Assembly (NCBI RefSeq): GCF_001194135.2
Contig: NC_069004.1
Coordinates: 12,020,527 to 12,084,526 of the forward strand
Direction of reading: 5' to 3'
Source of the DNA: Octopus bimaculoides
Lineage: Eukaryota
Length of the DNA stretch: 64,000 bases
The first letter of the stretch is position 1; the number at the start of each line of letters is the position of its first letter. The position numbers and the translations under genes were made by a program. Below are positions 1-12,020 of this stretch, piece after piece. Below the pieces are notes generated by a model. It was not told the DNA's origin. It saw nothing but the letters and a program-made list of their open reading frames with translations, and did no database searches.

Positions 1-209
1 TAATAATCCTTTCTACTGTAGATACAAGCCCTGAAATTTTGGGGAAGGGAGAAGTTGATTATATCAACCTCAGTGCTTAACTGGTCCTTTATTTTATTAA
101 CCCCTGAAAAGATGAAAGGAAAAGTCAGCCTTGGTAGCATTTGAACTCGGAATGTGAAGACAGCATTTTGTCTGCTATGCTAAAGAATCTATAAAGCTCA
201 CTGCCTTAA
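1..209 (-). mobile_element. tRNA-derived SINE, family A (head TAAGGCGGCGAGCTGGCAGAA..., central GCCTTTCATCCTTTCGGGGTCGATAAAATAAGTACCAG, (ATT)n tail)
   Basis: Reverse complement matches the same ~210-bp unit found >10 times in the window; B-box-like GAGTTCAAAT; the central motif resembles Nin/Deu-type SINE domains (from memory). Confidence 0.8.
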
Positions 210-438
210 CACTTTTGTTAGTATATTTATTTTGAGATGCTCTGTGTTTCTTTCAATTAATTTTAAATATAACAAAGAATTTAGTAAAATAACTTGGTTA
301 TCATTAAGCTGGTGTTAGGAACATACATAAATTGTGATTAAGGTTTGGTGGGAGATTTTAATTCAAAACTTATGGAAACAAGACATTTGTAGTACAGAGC
401 CAGAGGCAGTTTCAGCCGGGTTGTTGTGAAAGGGTTAA
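206..438. mobile_element. TTAA-flanked piggyBac-like MITE
   Basis: Begins TTAA-CACTTTT (degenerate TTAACCCTTT) and ends AAAGGG-TTAA; ~230 bp, non-coding; related fragments in reverse orientation near 55110-55200 and 55670-55775. Confidence 0.65.
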
Positions 439-562
439 TAGTAATAATAATGATTTCTTTATTGAGCATAAAGGGTTACATCAAGAAAAACATTATGGAG
501 AGCACAGGACAAAACATTAGGTGTGTGTGTGTGTGTTGTTGTTGTTATGATTTTGTGTGTAA

Positions 563-720
563 ACTCTCGGAGTGGTTGGCGTTTGGAAGGGCATCCAGCT
601 GTAGACACTCTGCCAGATCAGATTGGAGCTTGGTGCAGCCATCTGGTTCGGCAGTCCTCAGTCAAATCTTCCAACCCATGCTAGCATGGAAAGCGGACAT
701 TAAACAATGATGATGATGGT
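563..720 (+). mobile_element. SINE/LINE-tail family E (GGAAGGGCATCCAGCTGTA...CAACCCATGCTAGCATGGAAAGCGGACATTAAA(TGA)n)
   Basis: Conserved 3' module ending in (GAT)n; recurs at least 10 times in the window. Confidence 0.75.
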
Positions 721-1549
721 GATGTTGAAGAAGCATGTGAAGATCTTGTTGAACTCTTGCAAACATTCTTCCATACTCCTGTGAATATAAAGACAATTTC
801 TTGATTGTTTAGTTTATTTATTCACAAGGGCTACTCAGATATGGTGGGAGTGAGCAGTACCTTTAACCTTCATAGGCTGGAAAATCTGGTAACAGATTGA
901 AGTTATTACAAGATGACAAACTCATCCTGTCACTGGTGACCTCAGCCATATATTTAGCCCTATGATATCTAATATATTCAGTTTTTGCTAAAAAATAAAT
1001 TTCGATAATGGTGACCTTATTTATTTATTTAAGACGTATGGTGTCTTATATATTCAGTTTTTGCCAAAATATAAATTTTGATAATGGTTGATAAGATTTC
1101 AATTTTCTAAATTTCATGTTCGTATAAGTTTCTGTTTCTTTGTAAAACCTCCAAATATAGTTTCCCTTTTATCTCAAGAGCGTGGGAACCGAATAAGAAG
1201 TGACTTAGCTGTCTTTGTGACGCTTGGGGTTTTCTCAAGAAACCAAAGAAGGGAATTGTATGAATGAGAATATATTCAGATAGAAAATGGTAAACTAAGT
1301 CCTGATAAATGTTATAATAATTAATTTTAAGTTTTCGCTATTTGAGAGATTTTCAAACGTAATCTGTTAAAAAGTTTATCCGTTTAATATAACATGTGCT
1401 AAGTTATATAAAAGGAGTCGACACGAGAGAACACAAAATAGGCAGAAGTTGCAATGCTCTCTCTTTTCTTTTCGCTGTTCTTTTTTTTTTATGTTAATCT
1501 GTAAAAATTATCTCATACTGAGGTCCATAATAGTGTTTTTGTGCAAGAA

Positions 1550-2530
1550 ATTCCAACATTTCAAACTCCAGATCTGTCTAGTTTCTTGGAGTTTTAGAAT
1601 CTCTTTCGAATGTGTACATCGGTTGTTGTTCATTATTAGAGTTTTTGGCATATTCACTAATAGAGATAAGATATTGGTAAGGGGAATTCTTGGTTCATTA
1701 TCTAATTCTTGATCAAAATAAATTCATGGCTGGATTTCCTGTTGTAGTGTTTGATAACAATTTGATAGTCATTTTAGATGAGTCTGTACGACTGCTATGT
1801 ACCACCACTAGTATCATATTTGATATCTGATACTTGAAGCTTCTCTACTTTAAAATATTGATGAAAACACTTTGCCATTTGTTATTCTGAGTAAAAGACA
1901 TCATAGATAAAGAACTCATCAGGACTTCCTTATTTTATTTATTTTTTTTTTCTTCTTCCTGTTTTTCACTAGTTGAAACTTCCATTTTGGTTACTAAAAT
2001 ATTCTTGTTAAGAATAATTCAGTTTCATATTGTAGTCCAATATTCGATTGATTCACAATGGCAATTACTGTGAATCTGATTAAATTCTAGGCAAACAAAA
2101 AAACAAAACAAAAAAAACCCTATCAAATGTTCTCTTTTGTCCAGAGTAAAACAATAAAATAACCAACAATGTTGAATTGATTGAACCAATTCCATGAACT
2201 ACTTTCTAAATACAACTTTACCAAACTAGTGTTATGTCTAAAATTAGTGGCGTTCATTATATTCTGGTCAGTGAACTTGATGTAATTAAATCCCTAATTT
2301 CTACAATTAGTGATTCCTGGCATGAATTGATTTGGTTCAAAAGTGAATTTGGAACATTGGAATAAAAATATATTCCATTAAAATAAAACTAAAATGAAAG
2401 AAGAATGCTGAAGATAAATATAAAATCCAAGCTTCCTGTTGAAATGGTGAAATGAGATATTGGACAAAACAGTGTAATAATTCTTTCTTTATCGGCCACA
2501 AAGGCCAAGAAGAATATTTATAATAATACA
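1550..2530 (-). pseudogene. Heavily decayed Penelope-like reverse transcriptase fragment (tentative)
   Basis: Minus-strand frameshifted pieces PLWPI (~2500), NPAMN/FDQELDNEPRIPLTNIL and TTDVHIRK (~1620-1730) resemble PLE RT motifs PLRPI and HPxIxFTxExE..IPFLD..TxVYRKP, at plausible spacing. Confidence 0.35.
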
Positions 2531-2561
2531 AATAATACTGGGGACATTTAAATGATTGATA

Positions 2562-3068
2562 TCTTTTATCTTTTACTTGTTTCAGTCATTTGACTGCGAC
2601 CATGCTGGGGCACTGCCTTGAAGCATTTCTAGCACTTATTTTTGTATTTTTAAGCCCGGTACTTATTCTATCAGTCTCTTTTACTGAACTGCTAAGTTAC
2701 AGGGATGTAAACACACCAACACTGGTTGTCAAGTGGTGGTGGTGGTGGTGGGACAAACACAGGCATAAAGACATACATACATACCTTGTTGTTGATGTTG
2801 AAATTCCAGTGAAGGAGTCTTGGATCTAGGTTAGAAACTGACTCTTTCTCTATTGGCAAGAAATCTTAAAATAAAACTGAATAATGGCATATATATATAT
2901 ATATATTTATACAATGGGCTTCTTTCTGTTTCCATCTACCAAAACCACTCAAAGGTTTGGTCAAACTTAGGCTATAGTAGGAGATACTTGCCCAAGGTGC
3001 CATGCAGTGGGACTGAACCAGAACCATGTGGTTGGGAAGCAAGCTTCTTACCACACAACCACACCTAA
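2562..3068 (-). mobile_element. tRNA-derived SINE, family B (CORE-like CCTTGGGCAAGTGTCTT; probably OR1/OR2-type octopus SINE), interrupted by a ~100-bp insert at 2783-2885
   Basis: Reverse complement gives head GTGGTAAGAAGCTTGCTTCCCAACCACATGGTTCTGGTTCAGTCCCACTGCATGGCACCTTGGGCAAG and tail CCAGCATGGTCGCAGTCAAATGACTGAAACAAGTAAAAGA. Confidence 0.8.
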
Positions 3069-3189
3069 CAATTAACAAATTCCTCGTTAGGGAAGAAAAC
3101 CACCACCCAGGGGTAACCAAAGAACCCCCACAGATCCTGAGCCACCCTACTCATAAGAAGTACCATGGCAAGTGCTCCTCTCTCCTCCT

Positions 3190-3530
3190 TATTTCTCAGC
3201 CTTTAGGCACCAACTTAGAGTAGGCCCACTTACACAAACCATCCTCACATTCACCCACCTTTGAATAGATTTAATGGATGACAGCACCTTCCTGTCAACC
3301 CTCACCTTTCTTTTCAGATAGAATTTTAAAAAGTTGATGAGGACTTGGCTGAAGAGTAATGTGCCTGTCTTTTCAGTCTCACCCATTGCACACTCTCTTT
3401 CCCCACAGCTACCAGACACAGGAAAATTGCCTGCTTTTTCCAACCAAAGGACAATGATAGGGTGATCTTCATAATGGAGTTGGCCATTTGCTGGATCTGT
3501 TCTACATGTGAAAGCAGCTGTTTGACATAA
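3190..3530 (-). pseudogene. L1/Tx1-like LINE ORF2 C-terminal fragment
   Basis: Frameshifted minus-strand translation VKQLLSHVEQI...QAIFLCLVAVGKESVQWVRLK / QVLINFLKFYLKRKVRVDRKVLSS...RWVNV resembles, from memory, the C-terminus of Tx1-like ORF2. Confidence 0.55.
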
Positions 3531-3869
3531 CTTTACAGTGACTCCTGACCTTATCTTCAGAGATTAAACATATATATTTTTTCATTTAGTTTTGTACTTA
3601 AACCTTTTCTCAACTTCACCTTTCGTTTTCCTGGAGTTGATAAAATAAAATGCTAGTAATATACTGAGGATCAATAAATAATTGACTGCTTTTTCTCCGA
3701 AATACCCAAGTCTAAGAAAACATTTTTTTAAATAAAACAATATTGATGATGATGTAGATTTGTTTCTTTATTTCATTCATCTTATCTTCGTTAAAAAGTC
3801 AGCTGATTAATGTTATTTAAGTTTGAATGTTTTTTTTTCCAATTTTTATTTCATCTTTTTAAACATTCA

Positions 3870-3906
3870 CTGATGTAATTTGTTTTAATTCTTATTTCAG
3901 GTAAGT
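3870..3906 (+). promoter_or_regulatory. Candidate recursive splice site (3' splice site immediately followed by a 5' splice site)
   Basis: CTGAT branch-like motif at 3870-3874, U-rich tract, TTTCAG ending at 3900, then GTAAGT at 3901-3906; no AG between 3822 and 3898. Confidence 0.5.
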
Positions 3907-4609
3907 ATCCAGTTTTCCTGCAGTGGTAATTATATTTATTTCAACTGGTGGGATAAATTTTCTCTATTTTTTTTTTTTATATATATATTCAATTACTAAC
4001 TTTTGAGAAAATCCAAAAAAAATTTTTTTAAATAAAAATAAAGAAAGAAAAAAGTATACAAACCAAAAGATGTAAAGAAATTAAGACATTTTAACAAATC
4101 AGGGTTGAATCCAAGTCAGAATGGAATAATCTACACAAGATTTCATTACCATTTTGTTCCACCACTGAAATGTTTAGTTTCTATCAAAATATCAATTTTC
4201 TTGGCTTGATAGTATCTTTGTTAAATTTGTTTTCATGAAATTGAGTTAAAAGCGATATATATTCCATTAAGTATCTACTCATTGTTTCACCTGAATTAAC
4301 TTGTTAACCTGAAACGACTTGTTGTTTCCTTAGATACATCAACTCCACCCACCCCATTCGATCATGATTTTTTATTTCCTCCTCTGGTTTATTTGTTGTT
4401 TTCGTTAAGTTTTTTTTTTTTAATTTCTCTTGAAATACCTGGAATATTTTTGTGTGTTGTGTGTGCACGTGCATGAGAGAAAGTGAATGTGTGTGTGTAT
4501 GTACGTGCATGCATGAAAGAAGGTGAATGTGTGTGTGTGTGTGTGTGTCAGTGTACACATAAGCATGTGTGTATTTGTGTTTTTCAGTATATGCACTAAT
4601 CTTTAAGCA

Positions 4610-4920
4610 TGTCCCCCTCTCAAACATGCACACTCTCCCTCTGCCCCTCATCATTCCTCCTCCCCCAACAATTTTCTTCTCCCTCACCATTTCTCCTTCC
4701 TCTCCCTTCTCACCATTCCTCTTCCCTCTCCCTTCTCACTATTCCTCTTCCCTCTCCCTTCTCACCATTCCTCTTCCCTCTCCCTTCTCACCATTCCTCA
4801 TTCCTCTCCCTTCTCACCATTCCTCTTCCCTCTCCCTTTTCACCATTCCTCTTCCCCTCCTCTCCCTCCCTCCTCCCTCTACCCCATCACCATTTCTCCT
4901 ATCTCTCCCCCATTCTCCTT
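4610..4920. repeat. Polypyrimidine minisatellite, ~26-bp unit CCTTCTCACCATTCCTCTTCCCTCTC
   Basis: About 6 tandem copies within a CT-rich tract. Confidence 0.85.
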
Positions 4921-5269
4921 CAGAAATAAAAACCCAATGCTACTCTACTTCTCTACCCCTTTATTCTTATAGACCAATGCGTTTCCAGTTCTTCACTTGA
5001 CCAATTCTACTTCACCATCAATCTGTTACATATTCTTATGAAAATATGTTTATTTATGCCGTCTGTGATGTATCCTACTTAATGCAAAAGCAACACAAAA
5101 AAAACAAATAAACTCCGATACACATCCTGAGATAATATCTGGATGTTAGCAACAAACAGCATCAACTCTTATCTGAGTAATTAATCTATAATTAGTGATT
5201 GAGCCTTTTACATCCTGAAGGGTGCGAAGGGTGCTTGTGGCTGAGGTGGCTATTCAGGCCAGGGGCAGT

Positions 5270-5680
5270 ATAGAGCTGTGGGATTTATCGCAGGGACGGA
5301 TTGATGAGGGATGAGGAAGTGCAAGTCGCTCCTTTGTGTCTTTGATGTTTGATCTCTGCATCTTGCCGTCTATCATTTTCCATCTGGGTCCTTCCCTCAA
5401 TGATGACATGTTGCCACTTTGGGCGGTCCTTGGCGATTGTCTCCCAAGTATTTGGCCCAATGGAACATCGGAGGAGAGTGGCCTTCGGCTGGTCTCGGAA
5501 ACAGAATTTGGGGGCTTTGCATGGTGTGGTGCCTGAGGCCAACTCTGCAAAGAGGACTTGATAGGGAGGTGTGTTTGGGGCATGCATATGATGTGTCCCA
5601 GCCGGGAGAGGTGATGTTGTGACATGTTAGCCTCAATGCTGGGCAGTCTGACCCAGAGCAGAACCTTTCCATTGGTAATA
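5270..5680 (-). pseudogene. RTE-clade (BovB-like) LINE ORF C-terminal fragment
   Basis: QHHLSRLGHIICMPQTHLP / QVLFAELASG...APKFCFRDQPKATLLRCSIGPNTWETIAKDRPKWQHVI...ENDRRQDAEIKHQRHK matches RTE motifs QLRWxGHxxRM..R.PKQ..Y.EL..G.R..G.P..R.KD.LK...WE.LA.DR..WR; frameshifted. Confidence 0.85.
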
Positions 5681-5851
5681 TAGTCCTTACATCAAACCCT
5701 TATGATTGTGCATAGTTTGTGCTATTGGAAATATATATCAGCAGTTTTTTGGGGGTAGTTTTTAAACATGGTACATCCAGATACCTTAGGATGTATACTG
5801 CAGTTAATTTGTCTTTTCGCAATGTATTTGCATTAACATGTCAGTAGTGTG

Positions 5852-6056
5852 AAAGCGTGTGGCTTAGTGGTTGGGGAATTTGGCTCGCAATCATAAGATT
5901 TTAAGTTTGATTCCCAGCGACATGTTATGTTCTTGAGCAAGACACTTTTCTTTTACATTGCTCCAGTCCACTCAGCTGACAAAAATGAGTTGTACTTGTA
6001 TTTCAAAGGTTTGGCCTTGTCACATTCTGTGTTATATTGAATCTCCCTGTGAACTG
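5852..6056 (+). mobile_element. tRNA-derived SINE, family D
   Basis: Head GTGGCTTAGTGGTT...GTTTGATTCC; TTCTTGAGCAAGACACTT...CCAGTCCACTCAGCTG; 3' CCTTGTCACATTCTGTG..GAATCTCCCTG shared with 41757, 56715 and 60525. Confidence 0.7.
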
Positions 6057-6059
6057 AGG

Positions 6060-6200
6060 AGTGTTAGGAAGAACATCCAGCTGTAAAACCCATGACAAAA
6101 CAGACACAGAAGCATGGCGCAGGCCCCTACCTGGCCAGCTCCTGTCAAACCGTCCAACCCATACCAGCACGGAAGTGAGACGTTAAATGATGATGAAGAT
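6060..6200 (+). mobile_element. Family E 3' module
   Basis: GTTAGGAAGAACATCCAGCTGTAAAA...CAACCCATACCAGCACGGAAGTGAGACGTTAAATGATGATG. Confidence 0.7.
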
Positions 6201-6986
6201 GAAGTAGTTGTATGCTGTCAACTTAATGTGACAGTCCCATGAAGGGAATAATACTACTGTTGGTTAGACCTAGGAAGCTGCACCGCTTCCTGTCGGCCTT
6301 GACACATTTCCTGTATCCTTATGTTNNNNNNNNNNNNNNNNNNNNNNNNNNNNNNNNNNNNNNNNNNNNNNNNNNNNNNNNNNNNNNNNNNNNNNNNNNN
6401 NNNNNNNNNNNNNNNNNNNNNNNNNNNNNNNNNNNNNNNNNNNNNNNNNNNNNNNNNNNNNNNNNNNNNNNNNNNNNNNNNNNNNNNNNNNNNNNNNNNN
6501 NNNNNNNNNNNNNNNNNNNNNNNNNNNNNNNNNNNNNNNNNNNNNNNNNNNNNNNNNNNNNNNNNNNNNNNNNNNNNNNNNNNNNNNNNNNNNNNNNNNN
6601 NNNNNNNNNNNNNNNNNNNNNNNNNNNNNNNNNNNNNNNNNNNNNNNNNNNNNNNNNNNNNNNNNNNNNNNNNNNNNNNNNNNNNNNNNNNNNNNNNNNN
6701 NNNNNNNNNNNNNNNNNNNNNNNNNNNNNNNNNNNNNNNNNNNNNNNNNNNNNNNNNNNNNNNNNNNNNNNNNNNNNNNNNNNNNNNNNNNNNNNNNNNN
6801 NNNNNNNNNNNNNNNNNNNNNNNNNNNNNNNNNNNNNNNNNNNNNNNNNNNNNNNNNNNNNNNNNNNNNNNNNNNNNNNNNNNNNNNNNNNNNNNNNNNN
6901 NNNNATTAAGGGCATTACTATACATAAATGACTCACACTATGGGGGACTCTTAAAGTCAAAACTGCCATATATGTATATGTATATG

Positions 6987-7019
<33 letters not shown>

Positions 7020-7206
7020 TATTTAACACCCTTGAAGGATATTTTGTTCTATTCTTACTTTTATTATAATTCCAATAAATATACTACCTTCCTCCCCTTT
7101 GTAAGGTTCATACCATTTTTTTATATATAAATTTTATCATTTAACAATGTGAAGCTGTATACTCAACGTGCAGAAATATGAACACCTAATTGTATATTTT
7201 AGCCAA

Positions 7207-7285
7207 CTCTGATGAGATTCGACTTTTAAATGATTTTAATTATGGTAATTAATTTCTAAAAGTCTGGAATCGAAACAGCTGCCAG
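7207..7285 (+). ncRNA. Degenerate minimal type I hammerhead ribozyme motif with a long AT-rich stem II
   Basis: CT-CTGATGA(7209-7215)-GATTC...GAATC-GAAAC-AGCT-GCC-AG; stem II extended by GACTTTTA/TAAAAGTC and TTAATTA/TAATTAA; triplet reads GCC rather than GTC; stem I only 2 bp. Confidence 0.5.
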
Positions 7286-7411
7286 AGATGACATCTAATT
7301 TTTTAATTAATAAATAATTATTAATTATCTCTATATTTTCTTACCTTCTTAATATATATATAATATATATATACACTCATACACACACACTTACACATAC
7401 ATATAACGAAG

Positions 7412-7936
7412 CATTAATGTCTACTGCTCCTGTAACGAGACCTGAAGCGAGATATCTCGCTTATCTATGACTTCTGCAAATTCATGTGAATATATTCTCT
7501 TACGCCTACAATCACAGCCTGCCCACGAACTGACAAAACACATACCTTGAATATATGTGTTTGATATTGTTAATATCCTTCGGGCTGCTTCTCATTCATA
7601 TTTGCATCTTTTCTATGGTATAAAATGTTGGGACATACCAGCAAATGGTTCTCACACCATTTTGCATATAGTCATAGATTTAGCTTGCTTCTGGCCTCAT
7701 TTCAGGTATGTTGTATTGACAAGTTGGGAAGCTGACAAAACATTAATGTCTGTTGCTTCTGTACAAGACCTGATGTGAGTTATCTCGTTGATCTATAACT
7801 TCCAGGTGTTACTCCATGAGAATATATTCTCTTACGCCTACAATCACAGCCTGCCCACAAACTGACAAAACACAAACCTTGTGTATGTAGGTTTGATATT
7901 GTTTATATCCCTTAGGCTGCTTCTCATTCATATTTG
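7412..7936. repeat. Diverged direct duplication of ~195 bp (7412-7604 and 7741-7936)
   Basis: Shared blocks such as GAATATATTCTCTTACGCCTACAATCACAGCCTGCCCAC.AACTGACAAAACACA; period ~329 bp. Confidence 0.85.
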
Positions 7937-7967
7937 GAGATATATATATATATATATATATATATAG

Positions 7968-8125
7968 GGAGAATTCACAAAAAAAACAAAAGACGAAGAC
8001 AGGTGGTGTAGACAACAAACAGATGCATTAGTATAACCCTCAGGAATTGAAAAAGTCTTTAACGTTTCGAGCCTACGCTCTTCCACAGAAAGGAACTCAG
8101 AAAGAAACAAGGAGAGAAAAAAAAA
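7968..8125 (-). mobile_element. Short (TA)n-terminated repeat carrying a hammerhead-like motif (family H2)
   Basis: Minus strand 8093-8055: CTTT-CTGTGGA-A-GAGC GTAG GCTC-GAAAC-GT-T-AAAG; homologous to 25775-25925. Confidence 0.65.
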
Positions 8126-9153
8126 TGTGTGTAGTGTGTGTGTGTGTGTACTGCAGCTATGTGCTGCACTTTTCAGCGATAACATTAGCCTATTCATAGC
8201 TACAATTTTTCTTTTTTTTTTTTTTATCTTTCATCTGATGAGAAAAATGATTTTGTGTGGGAGTGTTGACATGTGGCCTTAGTCACGTGCTTTGCTGTAA
8301 TATCTCTGCTACATGTGGCTGTGTGTTCACTGTCACATCTCCCCTACATGTGGCAGCAGTCACGTTTCACTGCAACATGTCTACTACAATCCTGTCACTC
8401 TCTCTCTCTCCCTGCTCACTCTTCAGTTTCTGCCCACTCTCTCTGGTTGAACTGTTCTCATCCATTTTACTTTGGCTTCTATCAAATAAGCTACTAATTA
8501 TAGGGCTGTAATGAATTCTTCTTCTGTGAACAACTTCACCTTAAGTAACTATAATTAAACTACTACTACTACTACTACTTCTACTACTAACGATAATGAA
8601 AATGCTGATAATTCCAGTCAATATATCTGTTAAGCAGGACATAATGTATGCCAGTTACTTTGTGTTTTATTTCTGTATTAATTAATTATAATTAAGTTTC
8701 AAGTATATCCTTAAAATTTCATAACTTGTCCTTTTCCTTTTGTAGTATTTTTTGCTACTTCCATCTGGCAAATTCTTACCAAATTCTGCCTCTTTTAGCT
8801 ACTTCGGTGTGTTTATTGTGTTCATTAAGAAAAAATGGTGAGAAACATTATGCTTGCTAATTAAATCAATTTCCACACAATATTGTAATTAAATTGTTTT
8901 GAAATCTATAAATTGTCTTGTGTAAGTTCTGCATTCACCACCAATCAATTTTAGTGCCAACCACTCAACGATGGAGAACACTACTGTTGATGTGTGACCT
9001 GCTACTAGAAACAATAATCCAAGGAAAGATACATAGTCCAGTGGCATGTGGTGGTTTTTGTTTTGGGTACACTACCAGACCCAGTGCCACCAAATTCCAA
9101 GCAGGGGTATATCAAGTTTTCCATTAAGCTGTGTGATTAAATTAATACATACA

Positions 9154-9188
<35 letters not shown>

Positions 9189-9189
9189 G

Positions 9190-9514
9190 TGAAGGTGCAT
9201 GGCTCAGTGGTTAGAGCATCGAGCTTACAATCGTGATGTTGTGAGTTTGATTCCTAGACCGGGGTGCGTATTGTGTTCATGAGCAAGACACTTTATTTCA
9301 CGTTGCTACAATTAACTCAGCTGTAGAAATGAGTTGCGGCATCACAGGTGCCAAACTGTATCAGCCTTTCCCTTGGATAACACCGGTGGCATGGAGAGTG
9401 GAGGCTGGTATGCATGGGTGACTGCTGGTCTTCCATAAACAACCTTGCCTGGATTTGTGCCTGGGAGGGTAACTTTCTAGGTGCAATCCCATGGTCATTC
9501 ATGACCAAAGGGGG

Positions 9515-9515
<1 letters not shown>
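9190..9515 (+). mobile_element. tRNA-derived SINE, family C
   Basis: A-box TGGCTCAGTGG, B-box GTTTGATTC, GAGCAAGACACTTTATTTCACG, tail GGTGCAATCCCATGGTCATTCATGACCAAAGGGGG. Confidence 0.8.
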
Positions 9516-9556
<41 letters not shown>

Positions 9557-10105
9557 CTTTTTCTTTTTCAGGATTATATATATCCATCTGTATCTGTGTG
9601 TTTGTCCCCACCACCACTTGACAGCTGGTATTGGTGTGTTTGCATCTCTGTAACTTAGTGGTTTGGCAAAAGAAACCTATAGAATAAGTACCAAGCTTAA
9701 CAAAAGNNNNNNNNNNNNNNNNNNNNNNNNNNNNNNNNNNNNNNNNNNNNNNNNNNNNNNNNNNNNNNNNNNNNNNNNNNNNNNNNNNNNNNNNNNNNNN
9801 NNNNNNNNNNNNNNNNNNNNNNNNNNNNNNNNNNNNNNNNNNNNNNNNNNNNNNNNNNNNNNNNNNNNNNNNNNNNNNNNNNNNNNNNNNNNNNNNNNNN
9901 NNNNNNNNNNNNNNNNNNNNNNNNNNNNNNNNNNNNNNNNNNNNNNNNNNNNNNNNNNNNNNNNNNNNNNNNNNNNNNNNNNNNNNNNNNNNNNNNNNNN
10001 NNNNNNNNNNNNNNNNNNNNNNNNNNNNNNNNNNNNNNNNNNNNNNNNNNNNNNNNNNNNNNNNNNNNNNNNNNNNNNNNNNNNNNNNNNNNNNNNNNNN
10101 NNNNN

Positions 10106-10500
10106 TAGTAAGTAGCTTGCTTACCAACCACATGGTTCCGGGTTCAGTCCCACTGCGTGGCACCTTGGGCAAGTGTCTTCTACTATAGCCTTGGGCCGAC
10201 CAAAGCCTTGTGAGTGGATTTGGTAGACGGAAACTGAAAGAAGCCCGTCGTATATATATATATATATATATATCTGTGTGTGTGTGTGTTTGTGTGTCTG
10301 TGTTTGTCCTCTCCACCATCGCTTGACAACCGATGCTGGTGTGTTTACGTCCCCGTAACTTAGCAGTTCGGCAAAAAAAGACCGATAGAATAAGTACTGG
10401 GCTTACAAAGAAAAGTCCTGGGGTCGATTTTCTCGACTAACGGCGGTGCTCCAGCATGGCCGCAGTCAAAGGACTGAAACAAGTAAAAGAGAGTAAAGAG
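10106..10500 (+). mobile_element. SINE family B, near full length, CpG-rich (young)
   Basis: Head, CORE-like motif, internal (TA)n(TG)n and tail all present. Confidence 0.85.
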
Positions 10501-11654
10501 TATGAAAATATAATAGGATTGTTTTAAACATCGAATGATTCTGAGGGTCCATCTGAGTAAAATAAGAAACAAAAGGTTCTACAGGTAAAAAATGGTCAGG
10601 AACCATTGTGCTAGAGCAATACTGAGACTTACAGAAGCAGGTGTGTGTGTGTGTGTGTTGAACAGCTTGTGTGTTAGTCGTGTGGAGTTGTACAACAGCA
10701 ACGAGATGGTAAGGTGAGGAACCGTCTTGAGGTATAATAAAGTGTTGTTGATCCTTTGGATAAAAATATGGCAAGTGGGAACGACAACAAATCTGGTCGC
10801 TTATTTCTTGACTCTCTTCTGACACACTTGATAATGTATTTGATGGGGGACCGGTGGGGGGGGGGGGCAGAGAAAACTTAATAACAACAAATTGTAGATT
10901 GTAGAAATCGATAAAGTTGGTAGAAACTGTTTGTTGCTTTGGCAACAAAAAGACTTGATTTGTTTATTTTTTGGTGAAATTAGTATGATAGAATGGTTGC
11001 TCGATGTTCTGGTAGTAGGAAGAAGACAACTTCAGAGAGCCATCAGAAGATGATGGTTCTTTCTTAATAGGCATGTTTTCTGAGTCTAATGTTACTGGAA
11101 TCAGGAAACTGAGAAGATTAAATGAAAAGGAGTCGTAAAAAGACTGGACAGATTTATGTAAGGTTTAGGACTAAATGAGAGAAAGAAATGGAGAAGGGGG
11201 AAGAAACAGAAAAAAAAAGGGAGAAGAAACATAGAGAAAGGGGAGAGACAGGCAGAGAGAGGCAGAGAAAGAAAGGGAAGAGAGAGACAGAGAGATGAGT
11301 AAAAAGGAGAGAGAGAGAGGCAAATAGTGAGATGATGTCATTTTATAGTGATGTTATTAGTTGTAAGCTCTCAAATTGTTAAGTAAATGATATTTTCTTC
11401 CTTGCAAATGCAATTTGTTTAAGAGACTGAAAAGCTATATCATTGAAGATATGGTACAAATGGATATTGTGTGAATTCCATAATGTAGACTGTTAATTGT
11501 CCTTCTGTACTAATTAGTGACCTACTTGCTGTCACTTCTGTCACTGTCTCCCATGTTCTACAATAGCCACTGTTCACTCTTCCTTAACCTTCCACTCACC
11601 ACACACATGCTGTCCCCATTGCACTCTAGATGCTGTACATCAAAACCTACTCTG

Positions 11655-11875
11655 CCTCCATGACCAGAGCCCTTATAAACATCCTCTATGGATAGACATA
11701 CTAAATTTATTTATTTCCATGCAACAAAACCTGGACTAAATTTTGTTGCCCCACCATCCTTTCTTGTTCCTCCATCATCGGAGCCCTTATAAGCATCCTC
11801 TAAAGTGAGGCATCTTAATTTTATTTCTTTCAACGCAACAAAACCCAGACTAAATTTTGTTACCTCATCATCCCC
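11655..11875. repeat. Diverged tandem repeat, ~114-bp unit x2
   Basis: CCTCCA..GAGCCCTTATAA.CATCCTCTA...GCAACAAAACC..GACTAAATTTTGTT at 11655 and 11769. Confidence 0.8.
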
Positions 11876-12020
11876 CACTTTTTTTGTCTGCTGCTTTTGT
11901 GGATTCCCATGACTCTCTGGCAGCATCCAATTCCATTATTATGAATTTGAATTGGGAGCTTAAATCATAGTGAATCTTTCATTAGCTGATTACACAACCT
12001 TGGATGCGGCCCCTATGAAT

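Noticed and set aside
10500-11150. 160-aa minus-strand ORF / possible Penelope GIY-YIG fragment
   Set aside because: Only vague motif resemblance across frames; not supportable without an HMM search.
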